A stretch of 64,000 nt of DNA from Naasia sp. (GTDB lineage: Bacteria > Actinomycetota > Actinomycetes > Actinomycetales > Microbacteriaceae): NCBI RefSeq assembly GCF_025465545.1, contig NZ_JAODMK010000010.1, positions 45,813-109,812 of the forward strand. The letters are read 5' to 3'. Both the position numbers and the translations under genes were made by a program. The notes beneath the pieces were generated by a model, which searched no databases, was not told where the DNA came from, and saw only the letters and a program-made list of their open reading frames with translations. This document shows positions 35,575 to 44,865 of this stretch, piece after piece (positions within the stretch are counted from its first letter, which is position 1; every line of letters starts with the position of its first letter).

Positions 35575-36381
35575 TCAGCGGGGACGCAGCTCCCACAGCG
35601 CCACGGCGCTTGCCGCCGCGACGTTGAGCGAGTCGACTCCGTGCCGCATGGGGATCGTCACCACGACATCCGCGGCCCGCAGGGCCGAACGCGAGAGCCC
35701 GTCGCCCTCCGAGCCGAGCACCAGCGCGATCCGCTCCCGCGCCTCCGCGGCGAATCGGTCGAGCGGCACCGCATCGTCCGCCAGGGCCAGCGCGGCGATC
35801 GTGAAGCCGGCGTCGTGCAGCAGGGGTGCGGCCTCGCTCCATTCGGGCAGCCGGGTCCACGGCACCTGGAGCACCGTCCCCATGCTGACCCGCACGCTCC
35901 TCCGGTAGAGCGGATCGGCGCAGCGGGGGGTCACGAGCACCGCGTCGGCACCCATGCCCGCGGCCGCACGGAAGATGGCGCCCACGTTGGTGTGGTCGAC
36001 GATGTCCTCGAGTACGACCACGAGCCGCGCGTCGGCGAGGAGCGTGGCCGGATCCGGCAGGACGGGACGGTGCATCGACGCGATCGCCCCGCGGTGCAGG
36101 TGGTAGCCGGTCAGCTCCTCGAGCACGGCGCCGTCGCCCACGAACACGGTCACCTCGGGGAAGGCGGCCAGGATGCGCTCGAGGTCCGGCAGCCAGGACT
36201 CGCGGGTGAGCACGGCACGGGGGACGTGACCTGCGGCGATCGCCCGCCCGATCACCTTCGTCGACTCCGCGAGGTAGAGCCCGCCGGCCGGCTCCTGCAG
36301 CCGGCGGAGGCTCACGTCGGTGAGTCGTGAGAAGTCCGCGAGCTCAGGGCGACCCAGCCCGTCGATGGGCGTCACCCGCAT
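35575..36381 (-). CDS. TrmH/SpoU family RNA 2'-O-methyltransferase
   Basis: Internal ATG 36381. VVLEDIVDHTNVGAIFRAAAGMG and LNVAAASAVALWE motifs. Confidence 0.8.
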   Translation of the reverse strand: MRVTPIDGLGRPELADFSRLTDVSLRRLQEPAGGLYLAESTKVIGRAIAAGHVPRAVLTRESWLPDLERILAAFPEVTVFVGDGAVLEELTGYHLHRGAIASMHRPVLPDPATLLADARLVVVLEDIVDHTNVGAIFRAAAGMGADAVLVTPRCADPLYRRSVRVSMGTVLQVPWTRLPEWSEAAPLLHDAGFTIAALALADDAVPLDRFAAEARERIALVLGSEGDGLSRSALRAADVVVTIPMRHGVDSLNVAAASAVALWELRPR

Positions 36382-36454
36382 TGCTCGCCCCCCGTGCTGC
36401 CGGCCCCGCGCCGAGGACAGGCCGCGGCTGTCTACTCTGGTGTCAGGGAGATCC

Positions 36455-37300
36455 ATGTCCACGCTAGTGCCCCGCGCCACCGCGACGGACCGCGAGCTCG
36501 ACGCGGCCGCCGAGCTCCTCCTCGGCCGCACCGTCGTCGTGCTCACCGGGGCCGGCATGAGCACGGACTCCGGCATCCCGGACTACCGCGGCGACGGCGC
36601 ACCGAAGCGGACGCCGATGACCTACCAGCAGTTCCTCGCCGGCTCGCGGTTCCGCCAGCGCTACTGGGCCGGCAGCCACCTGGGCTGGCGCCAGTTCGAC
36701 GCAGCAGAGCCGAACCGCGGGCACCAGGTGCTCGCGGACCTCGAGAACGGCGGCATCGTGAACGGCGTCGTCACCCAGAACGTGGACGGGCTGCACCTGC
36801 GGGCCGGGTCCCGGCACGTCGTCGACCTGCACGGCTCCGTGGACCGCGTCCGCTGCCTGGCGTGCGGCCAGATCTTCGCGAGGAGCGCCATCGCCGAGCG
36901 CATCGACGCGGCGAACCCCTGGCTGGAGCTGCCAGAGGCAGTGGTCATTCATCCGGATGGGGACGCGGAGGTCGTCTCCATCGACGACTTCGTGGTGCCC
37001 GAGTGCACGGTGTGCGGCGGCATGCTCAAGCCGGAGGTCGTCTTCTTCGGCGAGTTCGTGCCGCTCGAGAAGTTCGCGGAGGCGAGTGCTCTCGTGCGGC
37101 GCGCGGACGCCCTGGTGATCGCCGGGTCGTCCCTGGCGGTGAACTCCGGAGTCCGCCTGCTCGACCTCGCGCGGCGGCGCAGGACACCCGTCGTCATCAT
37201 CAACCGCGGTCCGACGAAGGGCGACCGCAAGGCGACGATTAAGCTGGATGCCGGCACCACCGAGACGCTCGAGGCCCTCGCCTCGCGTCTGACCGCCTGA
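36455..37300 (+). CDS. NAD-dependent protein deacylase (sirtuin)
   Basis: GAGMSTDSGIPDYRG, QNVDGLH, and Zn ribbon CLACG...CTVCGG. Confidence 0.85.
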   Translation: MSTLVPRATATDRELDAAAELLLGRTVVVLTGAGMSTDSGIPDYRGDGAPKRTPMTYQQFLAGSRFRQRYWAGSHLGWRQFDAAEPNRGHQVLADLENGGIVNGVVTQNVDGLHLRAGSRHVVDLHGSVDRVRCLACGQIFARSAIAERIDAANPWLELPEAVVIHPDGDAEVVSIDDFVVPECTVCGGMLKPEVVFFGEFVPLEKFAEASALVRRADALVIAGSSLAVNSGVRLLDLARRRRTPVVIINRGPTKGDRKATIKLDAGTTETLEALASRLTA

Positions 37301-37325
37301 CCCGTCCCCAACCCTCCGGAGCCCC

Positions 37326-37937
37326 GTGACCCACCTCGTCCTCGTCCGCCACGGCCAGACCGACTGGAACCTGCAGGAGCGGATCCAGGGGTCCAGCGAC
37401 ATCCCGCTCAACGAGACGGGACGCGAGCAGGCCCGCGCCGCCGGGCGCCTGCTCGCCGACCAGCACTGGGACGCCATCGTGTCCAGTCCGCTGTCCCGGG
37501 CCCTCGAGACCGCCCGGATCATCGCCGCAGAGGTCGGGCTGCACTCCGTGCAGACCGTCGACGACCTCCGGGAGCGGCACTACGGCGCGGCGGAGGGACT
37601 GACCGGCGCGGAGGTGGAGGCCCGCTTCGACGGCGGTCGCCAGGTGACGGGACGCGAGAGCCGCGACGCCGTGATCGAGCGCGTCCGTCCGGCCCTCATC
37701 GACATCGCGGAGGAGCACCCGGGCCAGTCGGTGCTCGTCGTGAGCCACGGGGGTGTCATCGGCTCCCTGGTCCGCGACGCCACCGACTACGCGTGGCCCG
37801 AGGCGGGTCAGCCGATCCCCAACGGCTCCGCCCATCGGTTCCGCTACCGCGACGGTGTGCTCGGCCTCGTGGAGTTCAACGGCACGCCCTGGGCGGTCCC
37901 GACCCTCGACGCACGGTCCGATGCACCGACACGCTGA
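37326..37937 (+). CDS. histidine phosphatase family protein (phosphoglycerate-mutase-like)
   Basis: LVLVRHGQTDWN and SHGGVI motifs. Confidence 0.85.
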   Translation: MTHLVLVRHGQTDWNLQERIQGSSDIPLNETGREQARAAGRLLADQHWDAIVSSPLSRALETARIIAAEVGLHSVQTVDDLRERHYGAAEGLTGAEVEARFDGGRQVTGRESRDAVIERVRPALIDIAEEHPGQSVLVVSHGGVIGSLVRDATDYAWPEAGQPIPNGSAHRFRYRDGVLGLVEFNGTPWAVPTLDARSDAPTR

Positions 37938-38394
37938 GCGCTTCCAGGAGAAGCTCGCCGCGCTGGGCGAGCCCGGCCGCGTGCGGGAGACCGAGACGTC
38001 GGCGCACACGGCGGCGGAGGCCGCAGCGGCCCTCGGTGTTCCGGTCGCCGCGATCGTCAAGAGCCTCGTCTTCCTGCTCGGCACCCCGGATGGCGCCGAT
38101 CCCCTCCTCGTGCTCGTCTCCGGACCCAACCGCGTGGACCTCGAGCTGGTGGGCCGCGCGGCGGGAGGCGAGCTGTCGAAGGCGGACGCCGCAACGGTGA
38201 AGGCGGCGACCGGCTACAGCATCGGCGGTGTACCGCCGCTCGGCCATCGTGCTCCCCTGCGGACCCTCATCGACCGGGACCTGCTGGGGCTCGAGGTGCT
38301 CTGGGCGGCCGCGGGCACGCCCAGCGCGGTGTTCCCGATCGCCCCGGACCGGCTGGTCGCGCTCAGCGGCGGCGAGGTCGTGCGGGTGTCCTGA
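37921..38394 (+). CDS. YbaK/EbsC family aminoacyl-tRNA editing protein
   Basis: Internal ATG 37921. IVKSLVF and GYSIGGVPPLGH motifs. Confidence 0.75.
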   Translation: MHRHAERFQEKLAALGEPGRVRETETSAHTAAEAAAALGVPVAAIVKSLVFLLGTPDGADPLLVLVSGPNRVDLELVGRAAGGELSKADAATVKAATGYSIGGVPPLGHRAPLRTLIDRDLLGLEVLWAAAGTPSAVFPIAPDRLVALSGGEVVRVS

Positions 38395-39538
38395 CCCTGC
38401 CCCGGAACGTGCGGTTCACACCGCCGCGCGCCACGAGGTCCTCCAGGAGCGTGTGCAGCACGGCCGCGGAGGCGTCCCAGCTGAACCGCGCCGCCTGGGC
38501 GACCGAGGCGGCGGAACGCCGCTCCCACTCCCCCTCGCCCTCGAGAAGCCGCACCGCCGCGGCGAATGCGGCCGCGTCGTCTGCTGGTGCGAAGAGCGCC
38601 GCGTCCCCGCCCACCTCCCGGAAGATCGCGATGTCGCTGAGGATCGCGGGGGTCCCGACGCTCATCGACTCCACGACGGGGATGCCGAAGCCCTCGTCGC
38701 GGGACGCGGAGACGAGCGCCGTCGCGCCGAGCAGCTCCGCCCGATACTCCTCGTCGCTCACCCCGTTCCGGAACACGAGCCGGGCCGCGGGCGCCAGCGC
38801 TTCTAGTCTCGCCTTCTCGCCTTCGGTCACCCGGCTCATCAGGCGCAGCTCGTAGTCGGGCAGCAGCGCGGCGGCACGGACCAGGGTGTCCACGTTCTTG
38901 TAGCCGATGAAGGCGCCCATGTAGACGAGAGCCTTCGCCGGCGCGGCGCGGCGCTCCGCCGCCGGCGCCACGTCGGCGGCGTTCGGCACCACTGTGACGG
39001 GTCGCCGGGTCAGGCGATGCTCGGCCATCAGCGCCTTCGTCGTCTCGGAGACCGTGACCACGGCGTCCGCCCGATTCAGCAGCACGCGCTGGGGCCACCA
39101 GGCCAGGTGGTAGATCCGCCAGAGCCCCCGCACCCACCAGGCGAACTCGGCCGGCGGGGTGCGGTGCCGGTAGTAGATCAGGTCGTGCAGCGTGAGCACG
39201 AGCGGATACCGGCGGCCGGCGGACCCCATCGTCTGCATCGGGCTGAACACCACGCTCGGCCGGAGTCGGTTGACCTGTCGGGCCACGAGGGGCTCGAAGG
39301 GACTGGTGGGCGGCGAGACCCGGCGCCACGGCAGCTCGGGCAGCAGCTCCAGCTGCCGCGGGTGCGACACGAGCATCGTCACCGGCACAAGCCGGGACAG
39401 CGCGGTCGTGATCCCCGCCGAATAGCGGCTGATCCCGTCGTGCCTGCCGTCGGTGCGCACATAGCGGCAGTCCACCACGATGCCGCCGGCGTTCCCCGGG
39501 GCGGCGTTCACGGGCGCGGCGGCCCCTGACGCGGTCAC
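38363..39538 (-). CDS. glycosyltransferase family 4
   Basis: SRDEGFGIPVVESMSVGTPAILSD (E-x7-E). GTGA overlap with the upstream gene. Its 3' end overlaps the convergent ybaK-like gene by 32 bp. Confidence 0.8.
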   Translation of the reverse strand: MTASGAAAPVNAAPGNAGGIVVDCRYVRTDGRHDGISRYSAGITTALSRLVPVTMLVSHPRQLELLPELPWRRVSPPTSPFEPLVARQVNRLRPSVVFSPMQTMGSAGRRYPLVLTLHDLIYYRHRTPPAEFAWWVRGLWRIYHLAWWPQRVLLNRADAVVTVSETTKALMAEHRLTRRPVTVVPNAADVAPAAERRAAPAKALVYMGAFIGYKNVDTLVRAAALLPDYELRLMSRVTEGEKARLEALAPAARLVFRNGVSDEEYRAELLGATALVSASRDEGFGIPVVESMSVGTPAILSDIAIFREVGGDAALFAPADDAAAFAAAVRLLEGEGEWERRSAASVAQAARFSWDASAAVLHTLLEDLVARGGVNRTFRGRVRTPARPRRR

Positions 39539-40446
39539 GGCGCGCGGGGCAGCAGGAACCCGGCCACCTCGTCGGCGGCCTCCTGCGGCACCTCGTAGTG
39601 GATGAGGTGGCCGACGCCCTCGAGCACTCGCAGGGTCGCGTGCGGGAACAGCGCCACCAGCCTGTGCTGATCAGCGACGGGCGTGATGTCGTCCTTCTCG
39701 GCCGCGATCAGGTGCACCGGGATGCGGATCCGGGGCGCGTAGTCGCTGACGTCGTGGGTGACCGAGGCCCTGAAGGCCTCCAGCACGACGTCCCGCCGCG
39801 CGAAGGCGCCGAAGAACAGGTCGTGCTGATTGTGAATCCATCGCCGGAGCGCGCGGTCGCGGGTCTTCGCCATGGTGACGCTCATACCGCGGGTGACGAC
39901 GCGCCAGCGGAGCAGGGCGAAGCCGACCCGCTCCGGGATGCGCGAGCCGAGCCAGTAGTAGAAGACGGCGAGCCGGGTGCCGAGGGCGTTGGGTCCGGAG
40001 AGCGCCGGTGAGGCGATCGGGTTGACGAGGACGGCGCGCGGGGCGGGCATGCCCCCGGCAAGCGCAGCGGAGACGAGGATCGTGCCGAAGGAGTGACCGA
40101 GCAGCGCGGCGGCGCCCAGCAGCCCGAGCTCCCGCAGGAACGCCTCGAGCCACCGGACGTATCCGTCGATGTCGTGCCGGGAGTCCGCGAGCGGCTCGGA
40201 GACGCCGAAGCCCGGCAGGTCCGGCGCGATCACCCGCACGTTCGGGTGCGCGGAGCACAGATAGCCGACGATCGCCTCGAGGCCGTGGTGGTCGCCACGG
40301 AAGCCGTGCACGGCGACGAGGGTGACGGCCGCGTCGGCCGGTCCGTAGTCCCAGTAGCTGGTGGTGGAGCCGAGCACCTGGGCGGTCCGCGCGACGCCCT
40401 CGACGACCGCTCCCCGCTCGGCGTGCGGCGACAGGACGACCTTCAT
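39535..40446 (-). CDS. alpha/beta hydrolase
   Basis: VAVHGFRGDHHG and nucleophile elbow GHSFG. Confidence 0.8.
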   Translation of the reverse strand: MKVVLSPHAERGAVVEGVARTAQVLGSTTSYWDYGPADAAVTLVAVHGFRGDHHGLEAIVGYLCSAHPNVRVIAPDLPGFGVSEPLADSRHDIDGYVRWLEAFLRELGLLGAAALLGHSFGTILVSAALAGGMPAPRAVLVNPIASPALSGPNALGTRLAVFYYWLGSRIPERVGFALLRWRVVTRGMSVTMAKTRDRALRRWIHNQHDLFFGAFARRDVVLEAFRASVTHDVSDYAPRIRIPVHLIAAEKDDITPVADQHRLVALFPHATLRVLEGVGHLIHYEVPQEAADEVAGFLLPRAP

Positions 40447-40550
40447 CGCGCACAGTCTACGGCGCGAGCCCGCGCCCCCGGGAGGGCCTGGCGGGGGCGG
40501 GCGCCGACCCTAGGATTATTCGCACACCCACATCCGCGAGGGGACCGCCC

Positions 40551-42260
40551 GTGAGCTTCACCGCACCCATCACTCTGCCCGGACTCGCTCTGGACCCCCA
40601 GTGGTATCGACGGGCGGTGTTCTACGAGGTGATGGTGCGGTGCTTCGCGGACAGCAACGGGGACGGCACGGGCGACCTCGGCGGCCTCATCTCGAAGCTC
40701 GACTATCTGCAGTGGCTCGGCATCGACGCCCTCTGGCTTCCGCCGTTCTACCAGTCGCCCCTCCGCGACGGCGGGTATGACGTCTCCGACTTCAAGGCCG
40801 TCCTGCCCGAGTTCGGCACGCTCGACGAGTTCCGCGAGCTCGTGACCAAGGCGCACGAGCGCAACATGCGGGTCATCATGGACTTCCCGCTCAACCACAC
40901 CTCCGATCAGCACCCCTGGTTCCAGGCGTCCCGGGAGGACCCGGACGGCCCGTACGGCGACTTCTACGTCTGGAGCGACACCGACAAGAAGTACGAGAAC
41001 ATCCGCGTCATCTTCGTCGACACCGAGGAGTCCAACTGGACCTTCGACCCGGTGCGCCGGCAGTTCTTCTTCCACCGCTTCTTCTCGCACCAGCCGGACC
41101 TCAACTTCGAGAACCCGGCGGTGCAGGACGCGATCTTCGACATCATCCGGTTCTGGTTCGACATGGGCGTCGACGGCATCCGGCTCGACGCCATCCCGTA
41201 TCTCTTCGAGTCGGAGGAGGGCAACGGCGAGGGTGAGCCCCCGACGCACGCGTACATCCAGAGGCTGCGGCGGATGGTGGACGACGAGTACCCGGGCCGG
41301 ATGCTCGTCGCCGAGGCGAACCAGTGGCCCCGTGAGGTGGCCGCGTTCTTCGGCACCGCGGAGGAGCCGGAGTGCCACATGGCCTTCGACTTCCCCGTCA
41401 TGCCGCGCATCTTCTACTCACTGCGCTCCCAGACCTCCGGCGAACTGGTGAAGATCCTCTCCGAGACCACGGATGTGCCGCCCGGCGCGGCGTGGGGAGT
41501 CTTCCTGCGCAACCACGACGAGCTGACGCTCGAGATGGTCTCGGAGGAGTACCGGCAGGCGATGTACGGCTGGTACGCCTACGACCCGCGGATGCGCAGC
41601 AACGTGGGCATCCGCCGCCGACTTGCGCCGCTCCTCGACAACTCGCGGGCCGAGCTCGAGCTCGCGCACGCCCTGCTGTTCGCCCTGCCGGGCAGCCCGT
41701 TCCTCTACTACGGCGACGAGATCGGCATGGGGGACAACATCTGGCTCAGCGACCGGGATGCCTCCCGCACTCCGATGCAGTGGACCCCCGACCGGAACGC
41801 CGGCTTCTCCTCGGCCGACCCCGGAAAGCTCTACCTGCCGGTCGTCCAGTCGCTCGTCTACCACTACTCGCTGATCAATGTGGAGGCTCAGCTCGCGCAG
41901 TCGCGGTCCCTGCTGCACTGGGTGCGGAACGTGATCCACGTGCGGAAGGCCCACCCGACCTTCGGTCTCGGCTCCCTCCAGGTGCAGCAGACGGACCACG
42001 AGTCGGCTCTGGCGTTCGTGCGCTCCTACGCGGGCAGCGGCATGCACTTCGGAGACCAGTCGGAGGAGATCCTCTGCATCTTCTCCTTCGCCCACAATCC
42101 GATCTCGGTGACGGTCCAGATGCCCGAGCATGCCGGGGCCAGCCTCACGGACCTGTTCGGCGGCGGGCAGTTCCCGTCGATCGCCGGGGACGGCGTGGTC
42201 ACGCTGACGCTCGGGACCCAGAGCTTCTACTGGCTGAAGATCACCGACCGCCCCGCCTGA
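40551..42260 (+). CDS. treS: trehalose synthase / maltose alpha-D-glucosyltransferase (no maltokinase fusion)
   Basis: WYRRAVFYEVMVRCFADSNGDGTGDLGGL..LDYLQWLGIDALWLPPFYQSPLRDGGYDV, GVDGIRLDA and FLRNHDELTLE. Confidence 0.92.
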   Translation: MSFTAPITLPGLALDPQWYRRAVFYEVMVRCFADSNGDGTGDLGGLISKLDYLQWLGIDALWLPPFYQSPLRDGGYDVSDFKAVLPEFGTLDEFRELVTKAHERNMRVIMDFPLNHTSDQHPWFQASREDPDGPYGDFYVWSDTDKKYENIRVIFVDTEESNWTFDPVRRQFFFHRFFSHQPDLNFENPAVQDAIFDIIRFWFDMGVDGIRLDAIPYLFESEEGNGEGEPPTHAYIQRLRRMVDDEYPGRMLVAEANQWPREVAAFFGTAEEPECHMAFDFPVMPRIFYSLRSQTSGELVKILSETTDVPPGAAWGVFLRNHDELTLEMVSEEYRQAMYGWYAYDPRMRSNVGIRRRLAPLLDNSRAELELAHALLFALPGSPFLYYGDEIGMGDNIWLSDRDASRTPMQWTPDRNAGFSSADPGKLYLPVVQSLVYHYSLINVEAQLAQSRSLLHWVRNVIHVRKAHPTFGLGSLQVQQTDHESALAFVRSYAGSGMHFGDQSEEILCIFSFAHNPISVTVQMPEHAGASLTDLFGGGQFPSIAGDGVVTLTLGTQSFYWLKITDRPA

Positions 42261-42315
42261 GCCGCGCTCGGCGCGCTTGCCCCGCGTCGTCGGGGGTCGT
42301 GCTTAGTCTGACGGC

Positions 42316-43476
42316 GTGAATGCGACGAGCACGCTGGACGGCCCCGATCTCCGGTACCTGCACGAGGAGGACCTTCCCCTCTTCGAGCTGACCGCCGACC
42401 TCGTTCCGGAGACACCGGCTCCCCGCCGGGCCAGGGCCTCCCGGGTCGCGACGCAGGGCATCGCCGGCGACGCGCTCTTCCTGGAGCCGCTCATCGACCT
42501 CGACCCGGCGGAGGTCGTTCCGCTGCAGTCGGTGATGGCGCCGGCAGCGCCGGCCGAGGACGCAGCTGCCGAGTCGCGCCCCGTGCTCGCACTGCCCGTC
42601 GAGGCGGCGTCCTCGCCTGTCGCGGCCGGCCCGGACCCGCTGCCTGTGCTCGAGGCGGCCGTGCTGTCTGTGCTCGATCCGGCTCTCGCGCCTCTCGCCG
42701 AGCCGTCCGACTTCGAGCCGATGTTCTCGGCGGGTCTCGCCCCGGCGCCGGTGGTCGACACTCCCCTGATCGAGCCGCTGCTGCCCGCCGCTCCGGATTG
42801 GGCGTCGATGCTCGGCGTGTTCGACCTCGAGACGACCGGCATCGACACCGAAACAGCCCGCATCGTCAGCGCTCACGTCGGGGTGCTCGACGAGCACGGC
42901 GGCATCGTGGAGCGCAAGGACTGGCTGCTGGATCCCGGCGTCGAGATCCCCGACGGCGCTGCCGCCGTGCACGGCATCACCACCGATCGGGCGCGCCGGT
43001 ACGGCCGCTCGGCCGCCGAGGTGATCCCCGAGATCCTGGCTGCGATCCGCTCGGTCGAGCGGCGAGGCATCCCGCTCGTCATCTACAACGCGCCGTACGA
43101 CCTCACGCTGCTCGCGCGCGAGGCGGCGCGCCACGCCCTGGAGCCGCTCGACGGCTCAGGGCTGGTCGTCGACCCCCTGGTGGTCGACCGTGCAATGGAC
43201 CGCTTCCGCAAGGGCAAGCGCACCCTGGAGTACACGGCCGCGTTCTACGGCGTGGAGCTGTCCGACGCCCACGACGCAGGAGCCGACGCGATCGCGGCCG
43301 GCCGGGTGGCGCAGGTCCTCGCCCGCCGCTACCCGGTGGAGCTCGGAGTGGAGGCGGACCGACTGCACGACATGCAGGTCCGGTGGTGCCGCGAGCAGGC
43401 GGCGAGCTTCGAGGAGTACATGCGTCGCACGAAGGACCCGGACTTCACGACGTCGGGCGCCTGGCCCTGTCGCTGA
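42316..43476 (+). CDS. DEDDh 3'-5' exonuclease (DnaQ/epsilon-like) with roughly 180-aa Pro/Ala-rich N-terminal extension
   Basis: VFDLETTGID (ExoI), YNAPYDL (ExoII), HDAGADA (ExoIII). Confidence 0.75.
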   Translation: MNATSTLDGPDLRYLHEEDLPLFELTADLVPETPAPRRARASRVATQGIAGDALFLEPLIDLDPAEVVPLQSVMAPAAPAEDAAAESRPVLALPVEAASSPVAAGPDPLPVLEAAVLSVLDPALAPLAEPSDFEPMFSAGLAPAPVVDTPLIEPLLPAAPDWASMLGVFDLETTGIDTETARIVSAHVGVLDEHGGIVERKDWLLDPGVEIPDGAAAVHGITTDRARRYGRSAAEVIPEILAAIRSVERRGIPLVIYNAPYDLTLLAREAARHALEPLDGSGLVVDPLVVDRAMDRFRKGKRTLEYTAAFYGVELSDAHDAGADAIAAGRVAQVLARRYPVELGVEADRLHDMQVRWCREQAASFEEYMRRTKDPDFTTSGAWPCR

Positions 43477-43653
43477 ACCGGGACACTCCCGCTCAGGCGC
43501 GAGCCCGAGGCGCACTCCCACCGGTGGGGAGCCCGCGCCGCGGGCGTCTCGGAACCACGGAACCCAGGCCCGCGGAACGCCGCCCGAGAGTGCTGGAGAT
43601 TTCACGACACTGCGCACGCATGCGCGGCTGTCGATCCTCGGCGAGCTGTCGGA

Positions 43654-43682
43654 GGTGGTGACTGCCCTCGGCAGTCACCACC
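43654..43682. terminator. perfect 13-bp hairpin downstream of rpmE2
   Basis: GGTGGTGACTGCC ctc GGCAGTCACCACC. Confidence 0.65.
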
Positions 43683-43689
43683 AGCTCGA

Positions 43690-43941
43690 CTACTTGCCGA
43701 AGTTCTTGTAGCGGGAGTTGAACTTCTCGACGCGACCGGCGGAGTCCATGATCCGCTGCTTGCCCGTGTAGAACGGGTGCGAGGCGGAGGAGATCTCGAC
43801 GTCGATGACGGGGTAGCTGTTGCCGTCCTCCCACTCGATCGTCTTCGAGCTGGAGACGGTGGAGCGGGTGAGGAAGGTCTCGCCCGATGCGAGGTCGCGG
43901 AACACGACGGTGTTGTAATCGGGGTGGATGCCGGACTTCAT
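43690..43941 (-). CDS. rpmE2: 50S ribosomal protein L31 type B (no CxxC Zn ribbon)
   Basis: [16 protein letters not shown]...[13 protein letters not shown]. Confidence 0.92.
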   Translation of the reverse strand: MKSGIHPDYNTVVFRDLASGETFLTRSTVSSSKTIEWEDGNSYPVIDVEISSASHPFYTGKQRIMDSAGRVEKFNSRYKNFGK

Positions 43942-44042
43942 GGCGGACGAACCTCAGATCTGGGAGAGCGGAAAGGGAAGTCTGTGGCCGAAAGGGCCGA
44001 CAGACAAGGATAGCAGAGCCCGCATGCGCGAGCGAGGGAAGG

Positions 44043-44825
44043 TCAGCTCGCGCGAGCCGTGTACCGGCCGCCCTCATCGGTCACCTGCAGGGACAGCCCG
44101 AAGGTCTGCGAGAGCACCTCGGAGGTCAGCACATCGCCGAGCGGACCGGAGCCGACGACCTTGCCCTGCGCGAGCAGCAGCGCGTGGGTGAAGCCTCGGG
44201 CGATCTCCTCGACGTGGTGGGTGACCATGATCATGCCGGGCGCGTGCGGCGAGCTGGCATAGCCGCCGAGCAGCTGGAGGAGCTCCTCGCGGGCGCCCAG
44301 GTCGAGGCTCGCGGCCGGCTCGTCGAGGAGCAGCAGCTCCGGGTCGGTCATCACCGACCGGGCGATCTGCACGCGCTTCTGCTCGCCGTCGCTCAGTTCG
44401 CCGAAGCGGCGGTTCTCGAGGTGGCCGAGCTTCCACTCGGCGAGCACCCGCTGGGCGCGCCGCACGTCGAGGTCGTCGTACTGCTCGTTCCACCGTCCGG
44501 TGACCGAGTAGGCGGCCGTGAGCACGACGTCGAGAACCGACTCGGATGCCGGGATGCGGCGGGCCATTGCGGTGGAGGCGAAGCCGATGCGCGGCCGCAG
44601 CTCGAACAGGTCGGTGCCGCCGATGCGCTGGTCGAGCACCGTCGCCGTGCCGCGGCTGGGGTGCAGGAGTGCGGCGGCGATCTGCAGCAGCGTGGTCTTG
44701 CCCGCGCCGTTCGGGCCGAGGATGACCCACCGCTCCGAGCTGTCGACCGTCCAGTCCACCGAGTCGAGGATGGTGTTCCCATCACGGGTGACCGACACGT
44801 CGGACAGCTGGAGAACCGTGGTCAT
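44043..44825 (-). CDS. orphan ABC transporter ATP-binding protein
   Basis: Walker A GPNGAGKTT, signature LSDGEQKR, Walker B LLLLDEP. Internal ATG 44825. No adjacent permease. Confidence 0.85.
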   Translation of the reverse strand: MTTVLQLSDVSVTRDGNTILDSVDWTVDSSERWVILGPNGAGKTTLLQIAAALLHPSRGTATVLDQRIGGTDLFELRPRIGFASTAMARRIPASESVLDVVLTAAYSVTGRWNEQYDDLDVRRAQRVLAEWKLGHLENRRFGELSDGEQKRVQIARSVMTDPELLLLDEPAASLDLGAREELLQLLGGYASSPHAPGMIMVTHHVEEIARGFTHALLLAQGKVVGSGPLGDVLTSEVLSQTFGLSLQVTDEGGRYTARAS

Positions 44826-44865
44826 GCGCTCCACCCTATCCGCTCGTATCGGCACGCTCCGAGGC

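Noticed and set aside
32735-35860. 1041-aa minus-strand ORF.
   Set aside because: It is antisense to the class A PBP gene and has the same low-complexity composition. The PBP frame has GT51, SxxK and KTG motifs.
36455-37300. The Sir2-domain protein as a possible defence effector (Thoeris/DSR-like).
   Set aside because: It has a canonical sirtuin architecture: GAGxSxxSGIPDYRG, a Zn ribbon, and about 280 aa with no extra sensor domain. Its neighbours are housekeeping genes (TrmH, phosphatase, YbaK).
42316-42860. The Pro/Ala/Leu-rich N-terminal 180 aa of the exonuclease as a separate gene or a repeat protein.
   Set aside because: It is one continuous frame with the DEDDh domain and has no internal RBS or start signal. 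The repeats are compositional rather than exact.
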